Below, piece after piece: positions 36,401 through 48,276 of a stretch of 64,000 bases of DNA. The DNA comes from Basidiobolus meristosporus CBS 931.73 (lineage: Eukaryota > Fungi > Basidiobolomycota). The stretch is taken from contig MCFE01000358.1 in assembly GCA_002104905.1 (NCBI GenBank), positions 23,647 to 87,646 of the forward strand. The letters run 5' to 3'. The position numbers and the translations under genes are program-made. The notes under the pieces are model-generated. The model was not told where the DNA came from, did no database searches, and saw only the letters and a program-made list of their open reading frames with translations. Each line of letters opens with the position of its first letter. Position 1 is the first letter of the stretch.

Positions 36401-39400
36401 AGATACCACTTTTGCATTCAAGAAATAATCAAGTGAAAGCCATATAATCCACTTGTTTTCCCAATCAATTCTAATATGTGCAAGATTCTTACAGCAAGTA
36501 CAAGGGTGCTATAGTCAAAGACCAGCAGGGCCAAAAGCTCCAAACTAGCAGCAAAGAGACATCAGGTAGCTGGAAGAGTGCTAACAAGAGACATGCAAGT
36601 AGAAACAGATGCACAAGTGCAATAATTACCAAGGGAAAAGTATAGTTCCAGTTAACAGGTACTCAGTCACAGTAGCACTGAAGGACCTGCCAAAGATCAA
36701 AACCAGCAGCTTCCTCAGGATCCAGGCACAACCAGGGCTGAGAGCACAAAGGAAGTGGCAAAGAAACTACAGGTTGCAGTAAGAGTGCTGGTAAGGGATA
36801 AGCTGGCTGAAATAGATGCATCAGTTCAGCATTTAGCATGGAGAAAACATGGTACAATACAAGAGGCACTTAGAAAAAAGAATTGTGAAAGACCTGGCAG
36901 TGATAAAGGTATAATGAGATGGAAAGGAGTATACTCAAGCAATAGACAGGGAAGGGTGAGAAAAAAGCTGCAGTTCTCACCCATTAATGCTGTCACCTCA
37001 GAGCAAGCTAAGTCCTATAATAGCCAAGAAGTACTGATAAGACCACACTTGCTTACTCAAGAGTTAAAAGCCCAGCAAATTGAGCTACATTCTGGTGAGG
37101 TGGATGGACTGGAAATTGGAAACCAAGATTTTCTGAGATAAGAGTACCAATATACTAACTACAAAGGCAGAATGCCCCATTTATCTGGGGAGACAAGCAA
37201 GAAGCCATGCAATAACTGAAAGAGGCCTTTCAATCCCCACATATTCTAAGACCTCTTGACTATCAAGACATTTAATGCCCACATATGTTAGCAGTGAATG
37301 CAAACCCTATAGGAGCTTGAGTGTTGCTTGGCTAGGATGACTAAGATGACAACTGTAGTCCCTGCAGATATGAGAGCAGCCTATGCCCTCCTGGAGAGCA
37401 AAGGTACTCTTAAGCTGGGAGAGCACTACTAGGAGCTATTAAAATGATGAGGAAGCTGAAGTCATAACTCCGCATAACACATTTCATCCCAGAGACAGAG
37501 GCTGAGCCACCTATAGGATTGATTAACAGCCCTGACCTACTTGGTGATGCCACAAACCAATGGATGACATGGCTTTAGAATGGAAATCTAATATTAAGAC
37601 TAAAGACCTAATACCTACTTGCATACAGCAACATGAGCATCATGATTTAAATGTTAACAGAGCTGCTGAACAACCTGAGGATATGCAACTGTAGCACAAA
37701 GCACCTTTTGATAAGCTGCATTCTACAATACCCAGGCCACATTCTCCAGGAGATCCAGTATTGCTCTATGATTCCACCTCAGACAAGCAATAGAGTTGGA
37801 AGTTGGACAACAAACAGACTGGCTCATACTGCATTTCCAATTGCCTTGAAAATGAAAGTCAATACATATATAAGCTTGACAGCACCCAACTTAGAGCACC
37901 AGCTACAGGTAGCCAACTCAATGTACTCAGGCATATGTGACACAATTTCCCCTTTTGTTAGGCTCACTTTCATACAAATACTACCATAAATTTAAATTGA
38001 GTTGTCTGGTTCCTAACCAAACCCAACCACTGACAGCAGTAGAAGAACAGTTGAACAACTGCTTGTATTGATATTCAGTGCAACAAGCTGGCTAAATCCC
38101 AAAAAGGTAATACTGACGTTGAATATGCTGGTGGTTGTATTGCAGACTCCTCAGGCTCTCAGGCAATTAGGTCATTGAGAATCTTGGCAGAGCCACAAGC
38201 TGACCATAATGCCCAGGGATATGGGAGTGCAGCATCTCTGCATCAAAGAAGAGACTTAAGTATCTCAATGTCACAGACAAGAATTGGGCCATTTCCCAAA
38301 GGTTAGAGCAGTGATGCAGCATACAGTCCTTGAAGCACAACAACTGTGCCCAAAGATGATGCTGACAGAAAATATATCTCATCTTTAGAGGGAGAGACTG
38401 TGATATATATACCTCAGCCTAAAAATCAACAGATATCAAGGATCCATGAAGCCATTAGGTGTAATGATGAAGACTAGGCTAATATTCAGGTGGCCTCAAG
38501 ATGTCTAGCATGCCATCACCTCAAGGCTGGCATACCCTTGGACCATCAGGAACTCAAGGCCAGACAAAACGCTCATGGCCTGTTCCATGGGCATTATCCT
38601 ATATTCAAGCAGGTAAGCAGATTCTGAACCAGCATTGGTATGCTTAGAGAATACTTCCAGAGTAGCAGAAGCTGTCAAAGACAAAGGTACAAGGGTGCCA
38701 TAGCTAAAAGTAAGAAGCCTTGTGAGGGACCCATCACATACTGGGCAGAAATCTCTAAACAAGCAGCAAAGAAAGGTCAGGTTGTCAAAACAACCTCAGT
38801 AAGACACAAGCAGGTTGAGATGGATGCACCAGCTTGGCATTTATTAGGGAAGAGTACAGGACATTACAAAAAGCACCCAATCATAGTAGCAATGAAATGC
38901 CTTGCAGTAATAAAGATAAATTTGAATGAAAAAAGTCTACCCAAGCCAGAGATAGAGCAGGGTTTAGCAAATATCCATGTCAGAATTTGCCAGATTCTTG
39001 GCTGGTGATTGGATGGTTTTTTGCTTCTGTTTCTGCTTAAATTTTCAGTTGCATACACTGGTGGGAACAATGGGCAGCCAGCTAGCAAGTTTAGTATGAG
39101 TGTTAGTTGGACTAGTCTTTGCCTGGAAAGGATGTCTGATTGTTAGCTGTAAGGCTGGTGACAAGGATTTTGAAAGTTATTATTTTTGAGAAGATTGGAA
39201 TTCAGCTGAACATATAATTGTGTAGTGTTGGAATTTTGTTGATGTCTTTTGGGAAAAGCACCAAACTCTTACATTGAAAAAGACCATACCACTTAGCCCT
39301 ATAAAAGTCTCAAGCCTGGAATCTATTGATAATCTGCTGGTATTTTGCTGGTACTCTGATGGTATTTTGATGATATTTAGATAATTTTTTTACCTCAATA

Positions 39401-39679
39401 TTTTTGGTATCAATTTTGGTGCAAGTAATGAATGGTCACCTATCAAATAGTGTATGGATGGTAGTAGGTCTGATTATCTTTGGGGAATCCATCTACATTT
39501 TTGCCAAATAGTTGGTCATGAGGTACTGCAAGTTGCAAGTTTCTAAGGTATAAAATTTAGCCTATTTGTTCTTGTATTGTACTGATCTATTCATTAATTC
39601 TGTATTAGGAATAACTCAAAATACTCTGGAATATATACAACTTGGTAGATACCCTGTCCTCATGCCTATAATTAAGCAC

Positions 39680-40182
39680 AAAGCGATCAAGCATTATTAC
39701 ATAAATCAAAATTTAGAGAACTTCATGGTTAACTCAGCTCACTGTTCTTCTAGTGAAATGACTGCAGATATATTCACAAAACCATTGGCTTGCAGCAAAC
39801 TGGAACATCAAATATTCCATATTGAAGTAGTTGATAATAGTGTAAAAATCTGTAATTCCACTAAATTTGCACCTAGCTTAGTCACTTAAATCATTACCTC
39901 CAGATCTTGAAGATTTCCAACCAAATTCCATGTTGGAATTTATCTGAAAAGTCTCACCAAAACATCAGGTAGCCATAACATGAAATGTCTCAAAGCTATT
40001 CAGACAGCCAAAAACCTTGCACACATGTTTGTGAAGTCTTCCTCAGAATATTTTACATGTCTATTTTGCTAGGATCATAGTAAAGTATAAATGCTAAGTA
40101 TACACTTAATAAATCACTAACCATAAGCACATAATGTGCTTGTACTCCCAATTACTTCCAATATCTCCAAAACTCTTACAAC
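39680..40182 (+). mobile_element. Degenerate copia RNase H end plus 3' LTR
   Basis: [10 protein letters not shown] motif followed by an LTR-like sequence ending ctcttacaacca. Confidence 0.55.
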
Positions 40183-40225
40183 CAATAACACTATTTAGTA
40201 GAGTGGAAGTCTTTTAAATGTAGTG

Positions 40226-40641
40226 TTGGTCTACTGGTACTGTCTGGCACTATAAGTGCTTTGTATGGGTTTTACATCAGGGCTAATATTTAAATGTAGT
40301 GCCAGTTAGCACCAGTAGACTAAGATAGCCCCATGCATTTTTGTGACATACCACAAACCTCTGCAGCTGGATTCTGAATGCCATAGGCATTAAGTACCAA
40401 ATGCATGTCTTCAGACCTTTTGCACTCTTACACAGTATGCCCAATATTGATCCCAAAAAAAAGGTTAAAAAATGGATTTTCTTTAGCACAATGGGTGAAA
40501 CACAGGAACTACTTTGCATGAAGATGTAGAGCTACTTTTCACACTCTGTGACCAAGTGTAAGTCTACTTTGCCTCTCTGGCACACTAAGGCACTATTTGG
40601 CATTCATGGCTCAGTGTGGCACTATCCAATAGAACAAGTCT
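40226..40641. mobile_element. Truncated copy of the foldback element (centre plus right arm)
   Basis: Aligns to ~28070-28481 and ends GAACAAGTCT. Confidence 0.75.
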
Positions 40642-40654
40642 GATGGGTAGATAT

Positions 40655-43600
40655 TGTTGTAAAAATTTGTAATTCCACCTAAATATTCATCTAACTTAGT
40701 CACTTAGATCATTACCCTCAAATCCTAGAGAATACTGACCAAATTCCTTGTTGGGATTTACTTAGAATATTTTCACCAAAATACCAGGTACCCAGAACAT
40801 GAAAATTCTCAATGTTGTCCAAACAGCCCCACACTTTGCCCACATGCTCTTGGAACCTTCCTTAACCTATTCTATGTGTTTGCAATGCCAAGACCAGGTA
40901 AAAGTATAAATACTACTTTTACATTCAATTAATCATTAAGTGAAAACCACATAATCTACTTGTCCTCCCAATCACTTCCAATATCTCCAGGACTCTTACA
41001 ACAGGTTATGAGCCCCAAGCTGTCAATCTCTGCAATGTCTACTACTGTTATTACTGGAATTTTTCCCTATGCTGAAAAGTTGGATGGATCTAACTACCAA
41101 GTGTGGAAGGTGAAGATGAAGATGCTGCTACAAGAAAGAGGCCTTTGGGATATTGCCATGGGAGCAGAAGCCTTGAAGTACCAGAAGAAAGAACAAAGTG
41201 CCTTTAACTACATTTGCCTTGATGTCAAGGACAAATTGCTAATTCAATGCTCAAGAGCAAAAACAGCCAAGAATACCTGGAAGGGATTAGAAGACACCTA
41301 CCAGTCATGTTCAGGTGCTAACAAAATGTATCTGAGACAAAAACTCTTTACTACAAAGATGCAGCCAGGAGAAGAAATGAAAATCTAATTAACAGAATTA
41401 CCCTGCTGGTAGATGACATGAACTCTGTGGGTGTATCAACTACGGATGAGGATGTGATAGTTACCATCCTGAATAGCCTGACAGATGAGTTTCAGGGCCT
41501 TGTATCAGCCCTAGAGTCCAGAACTGAAGATTTGACCTTAAATTACATGTATGGAAGGCTCCTGGATGAAGAATTAAGAAAATCAAGTGCCAATAAGAAG
41601 GAAGAAGAAAATGCTTTAATAAGCAATGATAACCAACAAAGGAGGTACCCAAGAACCTACAAAGGCAACAGCAACCTGTTTTGCAACTACTGCAAAAGGA
41701 AAGGACACTCATCAGACCGGTGTCTCAAAAAGAGAGATTATTAGCAAAAGAAGTCTGAATATGGAAATGCTGCAACAACTGAAGATAGACTATTCATATC
41801 TGCACTAAATATGACCACAAAAAAGGCTTCTCAGACGTAGTATATTGACTCTGGAGCTTCTCAACACTTTAAACACCAAAAAGAACTTTTTACCCAACAT
41901 CAAGAAATTCCAATTAAGAAGGTTTTCATGGGTGACAATAGAACACTTGATGCTGTGGGAGAAGGAACTATCCCAGTAAACCTTAGAAGCAGTGAAGGAA
42001 GCCATACACTGATCTTTAAAGAAGTACTCTATATACCAGAAATACCCAAGAAGCTACTCTCTGTAAGTAAGGCCACAGCAGAAGGACTCAGTTTCAGTTT
42101 TGACAATTCTGGATGTAGGATCACTGATCAAAATGGTGCCCATATTGCTTTGGGCATCAGAGATCAAAATCTATACAAGTTGACTTATATTCCATCATAT
42201 CTGGAAGCCAATATAAGTAACTTAAATGAAGAAACACAAATGCTTTGGCACAGGAGATTTGAACTCATCAATTTTGATTATTTGCATAAAATGATCAAAG
42301 ATCAGCTAATTTCCAGAGTGAAATTGATCCCCCAGCTAATTTGGAGCACTGTGAAGCCTGCATATATGGGAAACAAGCCAGACAACCGTTCAAGAGCTCT
42401 GGGTTAATCAAAACTAAGAAAAAATTAGATCTAATTCACTCAGATCTGTGTGGACCTATGCAAAATTTATCCTTAGGCAGGATGAAGTATTTAATCACTT
42501 TTATTGATGATTATACAAAATACACATGGGTCTACTTCATGGAGAGAAAGGAAGTAGCTCTGTCTAGGTTCAGGGAGTTCAAAGCCATGGTGGAGAGAGA
42601 AACTGGTGAAAAAATCAAGAAAATATGCTCTGACAATGGTGGAGAATATACCTCAAAACTCTTCATCCACTTCTGCAAAATTCATGGGATAAAGCAAGAG
42701 GCTACTGTACCATACTCCCCACAGCAAAATGGAGTAGCAGAATGTGCTAACAGATCAATAACTGATATGACAAGATCTATGATCCATGATCAAAAATTAT
42801 CCTGTGATTTTTGGGTGGAACCAGTTGCCACTGCTGTGTACCTTGAAAATAGGAGTTGTAACAGAATACTTTGTGATTCTACTCCATTTGAAGCATGGTA
42901 TGGATACAGACCAAGTGCAGATCATCTAAGAATACTTGGGTATACAGCATATGCCAAAAAACTGGCCGGAAATCAGTCAAAATTTGAGCCAAAAGTGTAA
43001 AATGCATATTCTTGGGCTACTGCAATGAGAGTAAGGCATACAGACTCTACAATACCAAAGCAAAGAAGCTTATCAAGTCCAGGGATGTGTTGTTTGATGA
43101 AAATTCAAAATTTTCACAAAATATGACATCAGATGATGACAAAAATTTGATCTCAAGTCCACCAATTGTCAGGATTGAATCAGAGCAAAACAATGAAAAT
43201 TTTTTCACTCCAGAGAACTCTACAACTGTGGTTCAGCCAGAATCAGTGCCCAGGAATTTCCTGGAAGTGATCATTCCGGTATCAAATGCCCAGAGATCCA
43301 ATTGGACAAGAAATAGCCCAAATTACTATATCAATGAGGGTACAAACTTAGCCTATGCCTATTCAGTCCATATTGATGAACCCCAGACTGTAAAAGAGGC
43401 CCTAAATAGCCCTCAGACAAAGTTTTAGAGATCTGCAATGACTGAGGAATATCAGGCCCTAATGGAAAATCAACCTTGGGACTTAGTCAAATTACCAATC
43501 ACCCAAAAATCAATTGGATGCAGATGGGTCTTCAAGACAAAATACAAGGCTAATGGTACAATTGAAAGATACAAAGCAAGACTTGTGGCCAAAGGATACT

Positions 43601-45278
43601 CTCAAACAAAAGGACTTGACTATACTGAGACCTTTGCACTGGTAGCCAAGTTTAATATTGACTATTGCAGCCAAATATAAGTTTTTTATTCATCAAATGG
43701 ATGTAAAAACTGCATTTTTGAATGGAGAACTTGATGAGGATGTGTATATGGACCAGCCTGATGGGTTTGTTGACCAAGATAACCCCCATTTGGTCTGCAA
43801 GCTTAAAAAGTCAGTATATGGTCTCAATCAATCACTGAGAGCCTGGAATTGGAAGATAGATTCTTATCTGGAATCTTTGAGTTTCAATAGGAGTAATGCC
43901 AACTATAGTATATACTATAAGCCAGATAGAGCAAATACAGTTCTATTAGCTCTATATGTGGATGATCTTATTATAGCTGCCAATAATTTAGAAACATTGG
44001 AAGAGACTAAATCCAGCCTATCTAAGGAGTTCAAGATGTCCAATCTAGGAGGGCTTAATTACTACTTAGGGATTAAGTTCTCCATAGACAGAAGTACCCA
44101 GACTATCACCCTAAGCCAATCCAAGTATATTCAAGATATACCAAAGAAGTACCAAATGGAAGACTGTAAACCGGCAGCTACCCCAATGGAGACAAACCTT
44201 GACTTGGTCAAAACTCAACCAAGTCAAGAGAGCTTGGTGCCATCTGAAAGCCCTGACTTTCCTTATCAATCTATGGCCAGCAGTGTGATGTATATCATGC
44301 TTGGAACACGTCCAGATATCTCATATTCAGTGGGAATTGTCAGCCAACATAATCAGAACTATGGATCTGATCATATTGCAGCAGTTAAGTGGATTTTTAG
44401 ATACCTAAAAGGAACTGCTGATATCTGCTTAAGATACACTTATAAGGATTCAGAGCAGGATCCTGTGGGATACTCTGATGCTGATTGGGGACAAAATTTA
44501 GAAGACAGAAGATCCACCACAGGATACACCTTTCTTTACTGTAAAGGAGCAATTTCATGGAATTCAGGAAAGCAACCAACTGTAGCACTTTCTACCACAG
44601 AGGCAGAGTACATGGCAGCCTGTGAAGCTACAAAAGAAGCAATGTGGCTAAGAAAGCTTTTCACAGATTTAGGCCTATGTCAAAAAACGCCTATTTCTTT
44701 ATTTCAAGATAATCAAGGATGTATACAATTAGGTAGAAATCCAACTTTTCATGCTAGAACCAAGCACATAGATATTAGACATCATTTCATACGTGAAGCT
44801 ATAGAGAATAACTTAGTTAGCTTAGTTTACTGTCCTACAGATGAAATGATTGCAGACATATTTACCAAACCATTAGCTAGAGACAAGTTTGAATATCTTA
44901 GGTCAAAATTAGGACTAGTCAGTATGAGCATTTAGCTGAGTGGGAGTGTTGTAAAAATTTGTAATTCCACCTAAATGTTCACCTAACTTAGTCACTTAGA
45001 TCATTACCCTCAAATCCTAGAGAATACTGACCAAATTCCTTGTTGGGATTTACTTAGAATATTTACCCAGCACATGAAAATTAGATAAGTTGTCCAAACA
45101 GCCCCAAAATTTGCACACATGTTCTTGGTACCTTCCTTAACCTATTCTATGTGTTTGCAATGCCAAGACCAGGTAAAAGTATAAATACTACTTTTACATT
45201 CAATAAATCATTAAGTGAAAACCACATAATCTACTTGTCCTCCCAATCACTTCCAATATCTCCAAGACTCTTACAACA
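40655..45278 (+). mobile_element. Full-length Ty1/copia retrotransposon A (4.6 kb, inactivated)
   Basis: LTRs 40655-41003 and 44947-45278 (TGTTGTAA...TTACAACA), TSD GATAT on both sides, PBS GGTTATGAGCCC 41004-41015, PPT GAGTGGGAG. Domain order is gag (CCHC), protease (YIDSGAS), integrase, RT (YVDD), RNase H; the ORF is broken by several stops and frameshifts. Confidence 0.95.
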
Positions 45279-46974
45279 GATATAATCCTGCATGATAACT
45301 AGCCTCCGCTCAAGCAGTATATTGATGAAAGATCTACACACAGTCTTGGCATCCATATGAGGGCTTGCTCAGAAATGAATCTGCACAATACACCATGGGA
45401 AATGATGTATGAGTGTCATTGTTACATTTCTGGGAAGTTCTCACGGCAGGATTTTTGAGTGCCAGATCATGAGATTCGCCAAATCTAGATCCTGATTGCC
45501 AGACCTGGAGTACACCCCGCAAAATAGATAGGTTAAAGCCTATACTCTCACTGGATGCAGTCCATTCTGCAATAGAAATCCCTAACCCGCAACAATAATA
45601 TTACTACACCGATTGAATCAAGATGTAATCATCGTCAACGCCAAATTAAGGACATGCCCATAACGGGAAGAAAAACTCAGCAATACAAACAGGCATCGGT
45701 CACTGAATAAGAACTTGAGCAACTTTGTTAACTGTGAGTATCTTATAGGAACATGGGGACTCATATATGCAACTGAGTGGGATGTCCAGTCGTGTCGTAC
45801 CGATCCTAAAACCAATGAGCTGAGTTTGAACGTAATGCCAACGTTGTAATCGACTCCAGGTGCACTGTGGCGCACGTAGGTCCATACATTTCCCCAATGC
45901 TGAGGACTAGCCACTGTCGAAATGACCAAGAATAAGAATGATGGAATTGGCAACTCCAACTGGTCTGGAATTAAATGCGTAAACTCGTGGTTGCTGCTGT
46001 CACGAAAATTCCCCTCTCTACGCGATACCGATTTACATCGAGAATTCAAAGCGGCTGGAAACCATGTACTCTACACTGACGTATTCAAGAACCTTGCTGA
46101 CACTGCCCGTGTATGGTGATCGACTCATTCTTGCTGATTTCGGAATATTGTTGTGTTGAATCGTGTTACTCCATTGACCCATCGACTTCAACCGTAACCT
46201 CCACAGCTGGTGCATGAATGAACCAACGGGTCGAATAACAACACTTCATTCAGCAGTCCAACTGCGTATACTTCCATCCGTCACTCTGTGTTGGAGATCT
46301 AAAGATACTTCGAGATCACATAGGCAAAAGGTAACTGAGGCTGATTTCTACTGAAACCTTTTCGAGCCATTCTTGATCGGTTACATTACGGGTCCGATTT
46401 ATTCACAAATCCTTCCTAATTCGAAAAGCCACTTGGGCAAAAATGGTAGCTGCACGTACCCTATTGCTCATGTCTCAGAAGTGACGTCCATATTAAATCG
46501 GCCGATTCTGGGATTCCCAGGATATGGCGCGCGTTCTGGTTAATTAAAATCTTCCATGAAATTTTGTTCCCCATATTTGGCTGGAAATGCTAGAGAGAAG
46601 AGCCGTTGACACATCTGGAGCATTCGCACACTGATGATACGCAATGATTCTCCAAATAATCACTAGATAGGAATTCCTTTCAGTTGCGCCTTGTCATTAA
46701 GCCTATTCCAGTAAATAGCCTCCTAACTGGGATCGAAATTGGTCCATAGCCTTGTATTCTGGTATGGTGCGCTGATGGCCAGTCGAAAGTGTCACAACTA
46801 CCTATGTAAAGGAAAATAAGTTGAGCAGTGGAGTGGGTGGAGCGAGTGGAGTAGATGGTTAGCGTCTCTTGCCTCAGTAGAGCCGTAAAGATCATGAGGT
46901 GCTCAAAGTATATAAGAGCAGGTTGACTCGGAAGCTGACTTCAGTAATCTACTTCGAATAGCTACAACTATACA

Positions 46975-48276
46975 ATGAGAATCAACAGTCCCTTAGGACA
47001 AGTACTCCTGGTGGGTTTTGTCTGCTTCTGCTGCCCCGGTATGTACAATGTCATCAACGGCATGGGTGCCGGTGGTCAGATCGATGATAACACCGCCAAG
47101 AACGGAAACGTCGCGCTTTACTCCTGCTTCGCTGTGTTCGGGTGCTTGGGTGGCGGTTTCTACAACATCCTCGGTGGTCGTCTGTGCTTGTGCCTCGGTG
47201 GTTTGACTTACGCTTTGTACTCTGGCTCTCTCCTCTACTACAACGCCACCGGTAAGCCCGCTTTCGTGATCATCGCCAGTGCCATTCTTGGTATTGGTGC
47301 TGGTATTCTGTGGACAGCTCAAGGTGTGATCATGATGTCGTACCCCGAGGAAGACCAGAAGGGGCGATGTGTCGGTCTCTTCTGGATCATCTTCAACTTG
47401 GGTGGTGTGATGGGTGCCTTCATTCCATTCGGCCTCAACTTCCACTCTGACAAGGGAGCCGTCAGCAACAGCACCTACCTAGCCTTCCTTGTGATCATGG
47501 TTCTCGGAGCCCTCCTGGGCCTTATTCTCTTGCCACCTGGCAAGGTTATTCGTGAGGATGGAAGCAAGGTTGAGGTGAAGAAGTTCACCAACATCGGTGG
47601 CGAGATCCTCGACATCCTCAAGCTTTTCACCAACAAGAACATCCTGCTGCTCACCCCGTTGTTCATCAGCTCCAACTTCTTCTACTCGTACCAGTTCGGA
47701 GCGGTGAACGGAGTGCTGTTCAACCTCCGTACCCGTTCCCTCAACAATGCCCTCTACTGGGGATCCCAGATGATCGGAGCCTACTGTCTGGGTGCCTTCC
47801 TTGACAGCCCTAGGTTCGGCCGTCGTGCCAGAGCTGTGTACGGGCTGTACATGCTCGGAGCCTTCTTCACCATCACCTGGGGTGGAGGTCTTGCTCTCCA
47901 ACTTCAGTACACCCGTGAGGACCACCCCAAGAACATCGACTTCATCGATGACCCCAGCGAATTCTGGCCCAAGTTTATTCTCTACTTCTGCTACGGTATC
48001 TGCGATGCCATGCTGCAAACCTATGCCTACTGGGTGATGGGCGCCCTCTCCAACGACGCGTCTGTTCTCGCTCGCTATGCTGGCTACTACAAGGGAATCC
48101 AGTCCGCTGGTGGTGCCATTGCCTGGAGAATCGATGCTGTCAACACTGCCTTCCTTACCCAGCTCATCATCAACTGGGCCCTCTTCACCGTCTCACTGCC
48201 ATTCACCTATGTCGTGGCACGCCAGGTCAAGGAGACCTGTCACGAGGAAGGAGCTGAGAAGGGCGAGACCTCTTAA
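46975..48276 (+). CDS. UNC-93-like MFS transporter, type B copy 1 (433 aa)
   Basis: Intact intronless paralogue of type A with scattered substitutions (CCPGMYN, YNATGKP, shorter tail). TATATAAG at 46909. Confidence 0.92.
   Translation: MRINSPLGQVLLVGFVCFCCPGMYNVINGMGAGGQIDDNTAKNGNVALYSCFAVFGCLGGGFYNILGGRLCLCLGGLTYALYSGSLLYYNATGKPAFVIIASAILGIGAGILWTAQGVIMMSYPEEDQKGRCVGLFWIIFNLGGVMGAFIPFGLNFHSDKGAVSNSTYLAFLVIMVLGALLGLILLPPGKVIREDGSKVEVKKFTNIGGEILDILKLFTNKNILLLTPLFISSNFFYSYQFGAVNGVLFNLRTRSLNNALYWGSQMIGAYCLGAFLDSPRFGRRARAVYGLYMLGAFFTITWGGGLALQLQYTREDHPKNIDFIDDPSEFWPKFILYFCYGICDAMLQTYAYWVMGALSNDASVLARYAGYYKGIQSAGGAIAWRIDAVNTAFLTQLIINWALFTVSLPFTYVVARQVKETCHEEGAEKGETS

Noticed and set aside
45960-46119. 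FKAAGNHVLYTDVF, faintly like an SR-protein RRM segment
   Set aside because: Only a few residues match, and no continuous frame or splice path supports it.
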